A stretch of 64,000 nt of DNA from Hydrolagus colliei (lineage: Eukaryota). The DNA lies in the NCBI GenBank assembly GCA_035084275.1, contig CM068773.1, positions 1,798,001 to 1,862,000 of the forward strand. The letters run 5' to 3'. The translations under genes and the position numbers were made by a program. Below the pieces are notes generated by a model that searched no databases, was not told the origin of the DNA, and saw only the letters and a list, made by a program, of their open reading frames with translations. Numbering within the stretch: the stretch's first letter is position 1; each line of letters begins with the position of its first letter. Below, piece after piece: positions 20,773-30,041 of this stretch.

Positions 20773-21325
20773 TATGCCACTGCTTAGAACGTCAGGGATA
20801 CTATCCGCAGTGCTTGTGGGGGGACGCTCGACCTGTAACCAGAGAGTGTCCCCAAGTGAAGGGTTTCTTTTGTAGATGCCTCTCCCCATAAAGGGGAGAG
20901 CATCGGTGGGTGTGTTTTTTTCCCAAATGTCTGTTTCTGTTTTTTTGGCCTACCATCCGGTAAGGAAAGGATGGTGGAGCTGGGATTAGCCCCTTTGTAA
21001 CTGCTCCCTGTAAAAAAAGGCAGCAGTGCAGAGAAACGAGGAGGCCTGACATAAGGAAATGTGGGGATTAGGCGTTTTTGTGTCGAGAACGACAGGTTTT
21101 TTGTTTTTTTCTCCACAAAGACGGTGGAAGGGTTGGTTTTGTTGGGAGTGGTGATTGGGTTGGTTTTTCTGTTCCGCGTGGGTACTGAGTCAAGGCCGAT
21201 GCGGAATGTCACGGGAAAAAGGATTTAGGCGATTTAGATGTCACGGGGAAGGTTTTAAAAAAAAACAAATCTATATGTTTTTAACAAAAAAATAAATATA
21301 TTTGTTTAAAAAAAAAAAATAATAA

Positions 21326-24213
21326 TAATTTGTGCCTTAGAGTGCATGTATGTAAATGCACGAAGTTTGAGAAATAAAATTGGTGAGCTGCAGGCTCAGG
21401 TTGCTGCGAAGCGATATGATGTTATAGCAGTAACAGAGACTTGGCTCCAGCATGGGCAGGAATGGGAGTTGAACATTCCTGGTTATAATGTATTCAGGAG
21501 GGATAGAGAAGGGAGAAAAGGGGGCGGGGTGGCAATTTTAGTTAAGGACTCAGTGACTGCCTTAGAAAGGAACGAGGTGGAAGAAGGACTAAAAACCGAA
21601 TCTATCTGGTTAGAATTGAGGAATAAAAAAGGTGCAGTTACACTGTTAGGGGTATACTATAGACCACCAAATAGTGGGGAGGAGATAGACAAGCAGATCT
21701 GCAAGCGTATCACGGAGAAATGCAGAGCTAATAGAGTAGTGATAATGGGTGACTTCAACTATCCCAACATAGACTGGCAGAATAGTAGAGTAAAGGGCAA
21801 GGAGGGAGAAGAATTCCTGAAGTGTGTGCAGGACAACTTTCTTGATCAGTATGTTTCCAGTCCAACGAGGAAAGAAGCATTGCTGGATCTAGTTTTGGGA
21901 AATGAGGTAGGGCAAGTTCAACAGGTTTCTGTAGGTGAGCATCTAGGGAATAGTGACCACAATATCGTTAGATTCAGAATAGTTATGGAAAGGGATAAGG
22001 AACGATCACAGGTGAGGACACTCAACTGGAAAAGGGCTAATTTCAATGAGTTGAGGTGGGACCTAGCCAAGGTGGATTGGAAAGAAAAATTGGCAGGTAA
22101 GACAACTAACGAGCAGTGGGCAGCGTTCAAAGAGGAGATAGTTCAGGCACAGGTCAAAAGCATCCCCACAAAGGTGAAATGTAAGGCATCCAAACCTCCC
22201 TGGATGACTAAGGAAATCGGGGCCAAAATCAAACAAAAAAAAGAGGCTTATGATAAGTGTCAGGCTCAAAATTCAGAAGGGAACCAAGCAGAATATAGGA
22301 AGTGTAGGATAGATCTAAAAAAGGAAGTTAGAGGGGCAAAGAGACTGCATGAAAAACAATTAGCGAGTAAGATTAAGGGGAACCCTAAGGTTTTTTACCA
22401 ACATATTAAGAGTAAAAGGTTGGTCAAGGAGAGGGTGGGGCCAATTAGGGACCTAGGAGGAAATCTCATTGTGGAGGCAGAGGGCATGGCTGATGTACTG
22501 AATGAGTACTTCGCCTCTGTCTTCACAAAAGAAAATGATACAGCCAATGCCATGGTATTAGAGGAGAGGGTAGGAGAAATGAATAGAATAATTATAACCA
22601 GAGAGGAAGTGCTAAAAAGGTTGACGTCGCTCAAGGTGGATAAGTCACCTGGTCCGGATGGGATGCACCATAGGTTACTAAGTGAGGCACGGGAGCAAAT
22701 AGCAGGGACTCTGGCCACGATCTTTCAATCTTCCTTGGACACAGGGGTCGTGCCAGAGGACTGGAGGATAGCTAATGTTACTCCCTTGTATAAAAAGGGG
22801 CAGAAGGACAAGCCTGGTAACTACAGACCAGTCAGTCTAACGTCGGTAGTGGGCAAAATTCTAGAGTCCATAATCAGGGACAAGGTAGATCTTCACTTAG
22901 AAAGATATAGGCTAATAAAGGACAGTCAACATGGATTTGTTAAAGGCAAATCTTGCCTTACAAATCTGATAGAATTTTTTGATGAGGTAACGGAATGGGT
23001 GGATAATGGTAGCGCAGTTGATGTAGTTTACATGGACTTTCAAAAGGCATTTGACAAAGTGCCACATGAGAGACTTATTATGAAATTAAAGGCCCATGGC
23101 GTAAAAGGGACAGTGGCAGCGTGGATTCACAACTGGCTGCGAGACAGAAAGCAGAGAGTTGTAGTGAGCGGCTGTTTTTCAGATTGGAGGGAAGTGAGCA
23201 GTGGTGTGCCACAGGGATCGGTTTTGGGACCATTGCTGTTTGTAATCTACATCAATGATCTGGACTTGGGTGTACGGAGTACAGTTTCCAAGTTTGCAGA
23301 TGACACTAAGTTAGGGAGAATAGTAAACAGTGAGGAGGATAGTAGCCATCTGCAAGAGGATATAGACAAATTGGTAAAGTGGGCAGACACATGGCAGATG
23401 AAGTTTAATGCAGAGAAGTGTGAGGTGATGCATTTTGGGAGAAGAAATGAAGGGAGGCAATATAGGCTAGATAGTACAATTTTAAATGGTGTAAAGGAAC
23501 AGAGAGACCTGGGGATTTGTGTTAGTGACTCGTTGAAGGTGGCAGGACAGGTAGACAAGGCTGTTAAGAAGGCATATGGGATACTAGGCTTTATAAATAG
23601 GGGTATAGAGTACAAAAGTCAGGAAGTGCTGACTAACCTCTATAGGACTTTGGTGAGGCCTCAGCTGGAATACTGTGTTCAATTCTGGTCACCACACTAC
23701 AGAAAGGATGTGAAGGCATTGGAAAGGGTACAACGAAGATTTACTAGGATGGTGCCAGGATTGAGGTACTTCAGCTATGAGGAGAGGCTAGATAGGCTAG
23801 GGTTATTCTCTCTGGAGCAGAGAAGATTGAGGGGAGACCTAATAGAGGTTTATAAGATCATGAGGGGTTTCGACAGAGCAAATAGAGAAAAACTATTTCC
23901 ACTCGTGGGTGAATCTGTGACTCGTGGTCACAGATTTAAAATAGTTTCAAGGCGCAGTAGAGGGGAGCTGAGGAGAAATTTTTTCACTCAGCGAGTTGTT
24001 CGAATCTGGAATGCATTGCCTGAAAAGTTGGTGGAGGCTGATTCGATAACAACTTTTAAAAGGGAATTAGATCTTTATTTAGGGAGAACGGGTCTATTAG
24101 GCTATGGGGAGCGGGCAGGGCAGTGGGATTGAATCGCTCTTTTCAAAGAGCCGGCACAGACTAGATGGGTCGAATGGCCTCCTTTTGTGCCGTAAAATTC
24201 TATGATTCTATGA
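21326..24213 (+). mobile_element. CR1 LINE, 3' part downstream of the Tx1 array
   Basis: CR1-type ORF2, short 3' UTR and (ATTCTATG)2 terminal repeat at 24197-24212. Confidence 0.95.
21346..24132 (+). CDS. CR1 ORF2 (APE-RT), 928 aa, intact
   Basis: MYVNARSL, VTETWL, MGDFNYP, SDH, YMDFQKAFDKVPH, GVPQGSVLGP, FADD, LEYCVQFWSP motifs typical of CR1. Confidence 0.95.
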   Translation: MYVNARSLRNKIGELQAQVAAKRYDVIAVTETWLQHGQEWELNIPGYNVFRRDREGRKGGGVAILVKDSVTALERNEVEEGLKTESIWLELRNKKGAVTLLGVYYRPPNSGEEIDKQICKRITEKCRANRVVIMGDFNYPNIDWQNSRVKGKEGEEFLKCVQDNFLDQYVSSPTRKEALLDLVLGNEVGQVQQVSVGEHLGNSDHNIVRFRIVMERDKERSQVRTLNWKRANFNELRWDLAKVDWKEKLAGKTTNEQWAAFKEEIVQAQVKSIPTKVKCKASKPPWMTKEIGAKIKQKKEAYDKCQAQNSEGNQAEYRKCRIDLKKEVRGAKRLHEKQLASKIKGNPKVFYQHIKSKRLVKERVGPIRDLGGNLIVEAEGMADVLNEYFASVFTKENDTANAMVLEERVGEMNRIIITREEVLKRLTSLKVDKSPGPDGMHHRLLSEAREQIAGTLATIFQSSLDTGVVPEDWRIANVTPLYKKGQKDKPGNYRPVSLTSVVGKILESIIRDKVDLHLERYRLIKDSQHGFVKGKSCLTNLIEFFDEVTEWVDNGSAVDVVYMDFQKAFDKVPHERLIMKLKAHGVKGTVAAWIHNWLRDRKQRVVVSGCFSDWREVSSGVPQGSVLGPLLFVIYINDLDLGVRSTVSKFADDTKLGRIVNSEEDSSHLQEDIDKLVKWADTWQMKFNAEKCEVMHFGRRNEGRQYRLDSTILNGVKEQRDLGICVSDSLKVAGQVDKAVKKAYGILGFINRGIEYKSQEVLTNLYRTLVRPQLEYCVQFWSPHYRKDVKALERVQRRFTRMVPGLRYFSYEERLDRLGLFSLEQRRLRGDLIEVYKIMRGFDRANREKLFPLVGESVTRGHRFKIVSRRSRGELRRNFFTQRVVRIWNALPEKLVEADSITTFKRELDLYLGRTGLLGYGERAGQWD

Positions 24214-24424
24214 AATCAGTCTAGACTGCCACATATCATTTGTTTTGCCCAATCAACGTGCCCGTATTAGGAGTGTTATCCAATGGTCACACACAATTGC
24301 TATATTTCTGCAATACACGATTACCTGGTCACAAACTTCTGATCTGGTCTAAATCAGTCTAGACTGCCACATACACACAAACGTGTTGTTACAGAGTCAC
24401 ACACAAAACTGCTACATTCCAACA
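24213..24424 (-). repeat. ERV 3' LTR (U3 part only)
   Basis: Homologous to ~27500-27694; begins TGTTGGAA on the minus strand just after the PPT. Confidence 0.88.
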
Positions 24425-24426
24425 AT

Positions 24427-24436
24427 CCCCCCTTTT
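24427..24436 (-). other. Polypurine tract
   Basis: Minus strand reads AAAAGGGGGG-AT-TG at the 3' LTR start. Confidence 0.85.
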
Positions 24437-24469
24437 GTGACTCTGTCACAACAATCTAAACATAATACT

Positions 24470-24858
24470 GTTAAGATAAAGGGGGAAGGGCTTGGTGAAG
24501 TATCCTTATAGTCGGGGTGATACCATCCCGAAAACTGAGTCGAGGAATAACCAGCTGATTCCAGCTGTTTGGGCAAAACTGGCCCATTCGTGTCCATTTC
24601 CAATTCAGTAACATTACCAATATTGTTTTGAGACAATAACCACTGTAACATCATTGTGACATTAAAAGGAACAACCATTATTGGAAAACCTTCCTTTGTA
24701 CTATGGGGAATCTTACAAACCCAACATTTTGTACGATTTGTGGCAATGGAGGTTTTAAGTGTCATTAACAAATAGGTATTAACTGCCACATTGTGCTTAA
24801 CGATAGCGTGGGCTTCTCCCTGTTGGGACGTGGTTACCGTTACCATCCCTATGCACAT
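24470..24858 (-). pseudogene. env: env remnant (N-terminal SU)
   Basis: Hydrophobic leader, then NRTKCWVC (CXXC motif of gamma-type SU); no TM subunit. Confidence 0.7.
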
Positions 24859-24935
24859 TGACAGAAATGAAAGTATTCTAAATTTTTTTAAAAAAAATTA
24901 TAAACAAACACACAGTGCTTAAACAATACAAGTTC

Positions 24936-25115
24936 TTAAACAGTGGAGCGTTTCACATGTGACGCGTGAATCCAAGCCTTCCTTCCTTCCACTTTTACTG
25001 CAGCAGGAGTTGTCAGCAACACCATGTAGGGACCTTCCCACTTAGCACCTAACGGATTTTTATGTATCTTCTTGATATACACTCGTTCTCCCGGGACCAA
25101 ATTGTGTCCTCCCTT
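24936..25115 (-). pseudogene. pol: pol remnant: integrase C-terminal GPY/F domain
   Basis: PGERVYIK...KWEGPYMVLLTTPAAVKVEGRKAWIHASHVK, typical of class I retroviral IN C-termini. Confidence 0.85.
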
Positions 25116-26625
25116 TGGTGAATCTCCCCAAGCCGTCGACACCTGTCGAGAAGTAGGACCTACAGCATTTGTTAATTTCTTCAGCGGCATTCAACAGGGC
25201 TCGCTGCATTCGAGAGGAAAGACTTTCAAAACGCTCCCGATTTGATCGAGGTTTATGTATCTCATCACAGTTATCATCCTGATTTTGCTTATTTGAAAAC
25301 GCTTTGAAGTTGCCGCCACTGCCAATCATTCGAACACGGCACGTTTTAGCCCAGTGACCTTCTTTACCACATCTGCGGCATTTGCCAGGTTTATGTCCAA
25401 AGGATGACTGTCCCACTGAAGTTCACTCTCCTCGTTGAAATGCTCGTAGTTGTACCCCTTGGTCCCTATCGACTTGGATACAGCGTGCAATCAACTGACC
25501 GAACGTTACTCCTTGTTCTTCCCACAGGGGCAACGTTAATTTTACCAATTTTGATATTTCCCCTTTGAGTCCGGCCATGAAAGCTGGTTTCAAAGGACCC
25601 TCCTCGTTAGCATCTAAGTCTGCATTTTGCATGTCGTTAGCCAGTACCGAATATTCAATCCACACAGCCCTGAAGCGCTCATCAAACTGAGCAACCGTTT
25701 CGGTCGGTTCTCGGGTACAGCCTGATATTTTCTTCCAGTCCACCCGGGCCGGACCTTGATTTCTCAGCCATTCTCTGATCGCTCCCCATCCAGCGTGCAA
25801 ATTATTTCCATCTTCGCCCAATGCGGTATAAACTTGTTGTTGCAATTCTTGGGTGATTCGACCGGTTGCCATTACTGACAAAACTTGCACACCATCTTGA
25901 GGATGCAGCCGATAGATGGTACGTATTCGGTTAAGCTCTTCCCATGTCTTCAATGACCCTTTCTTTGGGTCTGGCAAAGCTTTTGACCATTTGTCGATTC
26001 TGTCCGGATCGGCGGGTTGGTGTTCATGAAAAGGTACCCAAACAGCTCCGAATGCCTGAGCCCCACCCACCGGACCTAGGTTCTCCCCTTCTTCGGGTCG
26101 TGCTGCCGGCGGACCTGCTGGTCCCTGTCCGCGCCGGGCACGATATCGGGTGACCATAGGTCTCAATTGTGGTGGACGGTTATCATCCCCCCAAGGGTCC
26201 GGTAGACAAGTCGACGGGTCCCAAGGATCACACGCATAACCACTGGCATACTAAGGAGGTAAAGATGGAATAGATGCATGCAACACATTTAAAGATGGAT
26301 ATACTGATTGATACGGTACCGATGGAGCGCTCGATGTTTTTACGCCCTACTCCTTTTGCTTAAACAGTTCAGTTTTAAGCTTTTCAATTTCAGCTTGCTT
26401 TTTACTCAATTGTTCTGCCATTGCATTTAATTGTTCCTTTGCTTTCTTCATATCTGTGTCGTACTGGGTATTACGCATAATTTCACTCCGTTGTCGTAGC
26501 TGACTCATGACAATCATCGCCAACCTTGTCTGGTCGTTCCCCTTTGAGCGGGTAGTTTCTCCCCTTAATTTTTGTATATTGGGTAAAGACCACTGTCCTG
26601 TTCCCATGTTATATTTATTTTCCAA
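25060..26625 (-). pseudogene. gag: gag remnant (coiled-coil, Pro-rich, capsid-like, one CCHC knuckle), disrupted
   Basis: ORF pieces 26347-26625, 25423-26166 (ETVAQFDERF, major-homology-region-like) and 25060-25416 (CRRCGKEGHWAKTC). Confidence 0.75.
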
Positions 26626-27044
26626 TGTCTGCTGGAGGTTAAGTTAGTTCATATTTTTCTGGAAGATTTGTGTTAGTTCGCTCAACATTTCGGTTTCAGA
26701 CACGTCCGGAGGTGCCTGCCCTCCTTTGTGTAAAGTGTTTTTTTCACTTTTTTTTTCTACCATTTTTACCAATTTTTCTTGAGGCCATAGGCAATGTCAA
26801 CGCCGATAGAGGATTACACCCCGAGGATCTGAATGGGCTTCTCAAACTTGGTAATTTTCTAAAACCTAAAACCCGCTTGTATAACGTCTCCTAAGGATCC
26901 AAACTCAAACAAAAGAGATATTTCTTACGTCGAGATTACGTCTGACCGCACTTTGTTTTCTTGTCTTCTGCAAATCCGGTTCTTTCTTTAAGAATCACGA
27001 GAAGGTTCAAACAGCTCCACACCTGCCGAGGAATTTTAACAAAG

Positions 27045-27218
27045 ATTCCGTAACTTTATCTGGTGTAGCCCGTGTTCCGCCCTTGTTAACCAAGTCGTAC
27101 ACCTTTACCGTTTCTGGGGTAGACCGTGTTCCGCCCTTATCAATCGAGCCGTACACCTTTACCGTTTCTGGGGTAGACCGTGTTCCGCCCTTATCAATCG
27201 AGCCGTACACCTTTACCG
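27045..27218. repeat. 54-bp tandem repeat (~3 copies) in the ERV leader
   Basis: GTACACCTTTACCG recurs at 27097, 27151 and 27205; third unit degenerate. Confidence 0.85.
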
Positions 27219-27268
27219 ATTCACCTTAGGCAATCCGTGTTCAATGTCTGTCCTTGTTACCTTCTGTG

Positions 27269-27286
27269 ATCCTGCCGACTACGCCA
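27269..27286 (-). other. Primer-binding site for tRNA-Ser
   Basis: Plus strand ATCCTGCCGACTACGCCA matches, from memory, the 3' 18 nt (with CCA) of vertebrate tRNA-Ser(AGA/TGA); lies 3 nt from the LTR end. Confidence 0.88.
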
Positions 27287-27289
27287 AAT

Positions 27290-27694
27290 TGTTGGATTCG
27301 GTAGAAATGGGAGTTTTCTCAAAGAAACGATCTTCAGTCATCACAGAGTTTTATGATCTTTTTATTCAGTGCTACATCCCAGTTATAGCACAGGCACTCC
27401 TTGTGATTCGAATAGTTACTTGTTAGTTCGAACAGTTGAATCCTGGAGGACAGCCAACACATATATACTCAGTTCACTTTCTTTGTCCTACAGGACCCAA
27501 TCAGTTAAGACAGTCTTGCCCAACCAACATTCCCATATTAGGAGCGTTATCCAATGGTCACACACACTTGCTATGTTTCTACAATACACATTATCTGGTC
27601 ACAAGCTTCTGATCTGGTCTAAATCAGTCTAGACTGCCAGATAAACACAAACGTGTTGTCACAGAGTCACACCCAAAACTGCTACATACCCACA
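27290..27694 (-). repeat. ERV 5' LTR (~405 bp)
   Basis: TG...CA ends, AATAAA on the minus strand (plus TTTATT at 27361), homology to the 3' LTR. Confidence 0.88.
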
Positions 27695-27821
27695 GTACCC
27701 TATGGCTGGAGTCCCCTAACCCCCCTTTTCCCATTACTTGTTAAGCTTACGCCATGTGATTTTACAGAGCACGCAGTTTTCCAGGAACGTAACCCTCGGT
27801 GTTCGGCGAAGGTTAACTGTA
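27695..27821. mobile_element. Probable terminal fragment of an old Tigger/pogo-like element (ERV host site)
   Basis: CAGGAACGTAACCC...GGTTAACTG|TA resembles the Tigger-like end at 46518-46556. Confidence 0.4.
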
Positions 27822-28699
27822 GTCTGCTCAGCAGCTTTGTGTGTCCTCATGATGAGACAGTTATTGTACAAATGTTGTTGAAATCTTTACTATTTTACTG
27901 GAAAACTTGTGAAGTGATGCCAATTAATTAATTTTCAAGAAACTGAAAAGTGTCCAAAGTATGTACGTACTGTATTTTCATCGTTCTTGTTCTATTATTC
28001 GAACCTATTGTGATATGGTGATTTACATTTTTGATGCAGTTCTAAAGTGCTTGATGGGCGATTGTTTGTCAAACATTTCATTGTATTTTCTGACGTGTGG
28101 CTTTGCAATATTGTTATGCATGACCAAATGGAGAATCGTATGAAATTGCTCTTAATTTGATGTTGAACATAACTATTGAAGGAAATGTCTTTAAAATGTT
28201 CCAAGGATTTCAGCTGTTTTCTACCACTATCTCAGTTTAACCACACCAATCAGATTATATTTAAATATTTCACAGTGGAACGACAACAACAACAACAATA
28301 AAATTACATTAGTGTTCAGTAGGGAATGGCGATGTATCGGTTTTTCGATTAAACCCGATATGATTTTCAGATTGTTATGCCGATATGGTAATCTAAAAAA
28401 ACTGTTATATCGAGAGATTCGATTTTAAAAATATACATGGTTATATTTTTAATATCGTTCCTGGCAATATATCAATATTGTTGGTATTATCAGTGTAATG
28501 CGATCTTTTCCAGCTTACCTTGTCGCCGGCATTGCGACCTCCTAGACCTAGAGCATGGAATGTGCGTACATTCGGTGCGCGCGCACAATTAACGGGCGCG
28601 CATATCCGATGCGCGCGCACACTTTACTGTGTATACTCGACGTGAGTCGTGGCGTCTTAACAAAGTCGCATCGCTGAAAATTGCAGTTTGAAAATTTAC

Positions 28700-29070
28700 C
28701 TTTCTCATCATGGGGAAAAGAATGGGACTGGGACTACTTTGAAAACAATGCAGTCAGTAATGGTGTGTATAGATGTACAGTTTGCAAGGTCTTGGTTAAG
28801 ACATCTGATTCGAGCACGAGCAACCTGCGACATCACATTAAGCAGCACCACCCCGCCCAGCACGCTGCCCTCAGAGCGAAATAATTGTCGACAACAGCAG
28901 GAAGTCGAACCAGCGCTTCGGAGAAAGCGACAGGTAGTGGGGCCAGTGCAGCTCAAACAATTCCTGCTTTATTGAAGAGGAGAACATTATACCAGAGAGG
29001 GGACAAAAAGTGGCAAAGTATCACGAACGCTGTCACTTTTTGCATAGCAAAGGAGAGCTTGCCAATGGCG
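28700..29070 (+). pseudogene. hAT transposase N-terminal fragment (BED zinc finger, ZBED1-like)
   Basis: WDYF...CTVC...STSNLRHHIKQHH, in-frame TAA at 28882, then ITNAVTFCIAKESLP; catalytic core absent. Confidence 0.82.
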
Positions 29071-29150
29071 AAGGACATTAATTCAGACTTCAGACTACAT
29101 AACAATAAGTGGCATTTTGTGGCTGTAAGTGTTATTTTTGTGTGTGAGAG

Positions 29151-29224
29151 AGTTAGAAGCCAGATTATCACTGCTGTGTGTGTCTAGTCAGACACACACA
29201 GCAGTGATAATCTGGCTTCTAACT
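29151..29224. repeat. Perfect 35-bp inverted repeat with a 4-nt spacer
   Basis: AGTTAGAAGC...GTGTGTCT-AGTC-AGACACAC...GCTTCTAACT. Confidence 0.9.
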
Positions 29225-29371
29225 AACAGTCAAACTGTCTGTCTCTCTCTTTTCTATTGTAATAGATCTCATTTACACGTGGACATTACATGCTACTTTC
29301 AAGCAAGAAATGGAGGAGAATAAATCTCTAGATTTTGTTTTTGGTGTGTGTGTGTGTTCTATTTTGTGTTT

Positions 29372-30041
29372 AGAGATGGAGGGAGAGAAGGAGAGGGGGA
29401 AAGTTGCGAGAGAAGGAGAGAGGAGAGGGAGGGAGAGAATGAGAGGGGGAAAGGAGGAAGAGAAGGAGAGAGGGGAGGGAGAGAAGGAGAGGGGGAAAGT
29501 TAGGAGAGAACGAGAGAGGAAGAGAGAAGAGGGAGGGAGAGAAGGAGAGGGTGAAAGGAGGGAGAGAAGGAGCGAGGGGAAAGGAGGGAGAGAAGGAGAA
29601 AGGATGAGAGGAGAGGGAGGGAGGGAGAGAAGGAGAGGGGGAAAGGAGGGAGAGAAGGAGAGAGGAAGAGAGGTGAGGGAGGGAGAGAAGGAGAGGGGGA
29701 AAGGAGGGAGAGAAGGAGCGAGAGGAANNNNNNNNNNNNNNNNNNNNNNNNNNNNNNNNNNNNNNNNNNNNNNNNNNNNNNNNNNNNNNNNNNNNNNNNN
29801 NNNNNNNNNNNNNNNNNNNNNNNNNNNNNNNNNNNNNNNNNNNNNNNNNNNNNNNNNNNNNNNNNNNNNNNNNNNNNNNNNNNNNNNNNNNNNNNNNNNN
29901 NNNNNNNNNNNAAGAGGGAGAGGAGACAGGGAGGAGGGGGAGGAGAAAGGGAGAGTGGAGGGGGAGCGAGAGAAGGAGAGGGGAAAGGAGGGAGAGAAGG
30001 AGAGAGGAGAGGAGGGAGAGAAGGAGAGGGGGAGGTAGAGA
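29372..30041. repeat. GA-rich polypurine minisatellite spanning an assembly gap (N run 29728-29911)
   Basis: GGAGGGAGAGAAGGAGAGGGGGAAA-like units. Confidence 0.9.

Larger units (their letters stand above)
14511..21319 (+). mobile_element. Tx1-clade retrotransposon, copy 4 (full length, both ORFs intact)
   Basis: Same 5' end as copy 3; flanked by the 19-bp duplication TAATTTGTGCCTTAGAGTG (14492-14510 and 21326-21344). Confidence 0.95.
24213..27694 (-). mobile_element. Endogenous retrovirus (class I, gamma/epsilon-like), internally deleted; 3' LTR interrupted by CR1
   Basis: Paired LTRs, PBS, PPT and gag/IN/env remnants in retroviral order on the minus strand. Confidence 0.88.

Noticed and set aside
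1-21319. Array as an assembly artefact
   Set aside because: Each copy has its own substitutions or indels, tail and junction; reads should still confirm
27045-27218. CRISPR-like array or 67-aa repeat protein
   Set aside because: Plain tandem repeat without unique spacers, in a eukaryotic ERV leader
27269-27286. tRNA-Ser gene fragment
   Set aside because: Only the 3' 18 nt with encoded CCA, next to an LTR, so it is a PBS
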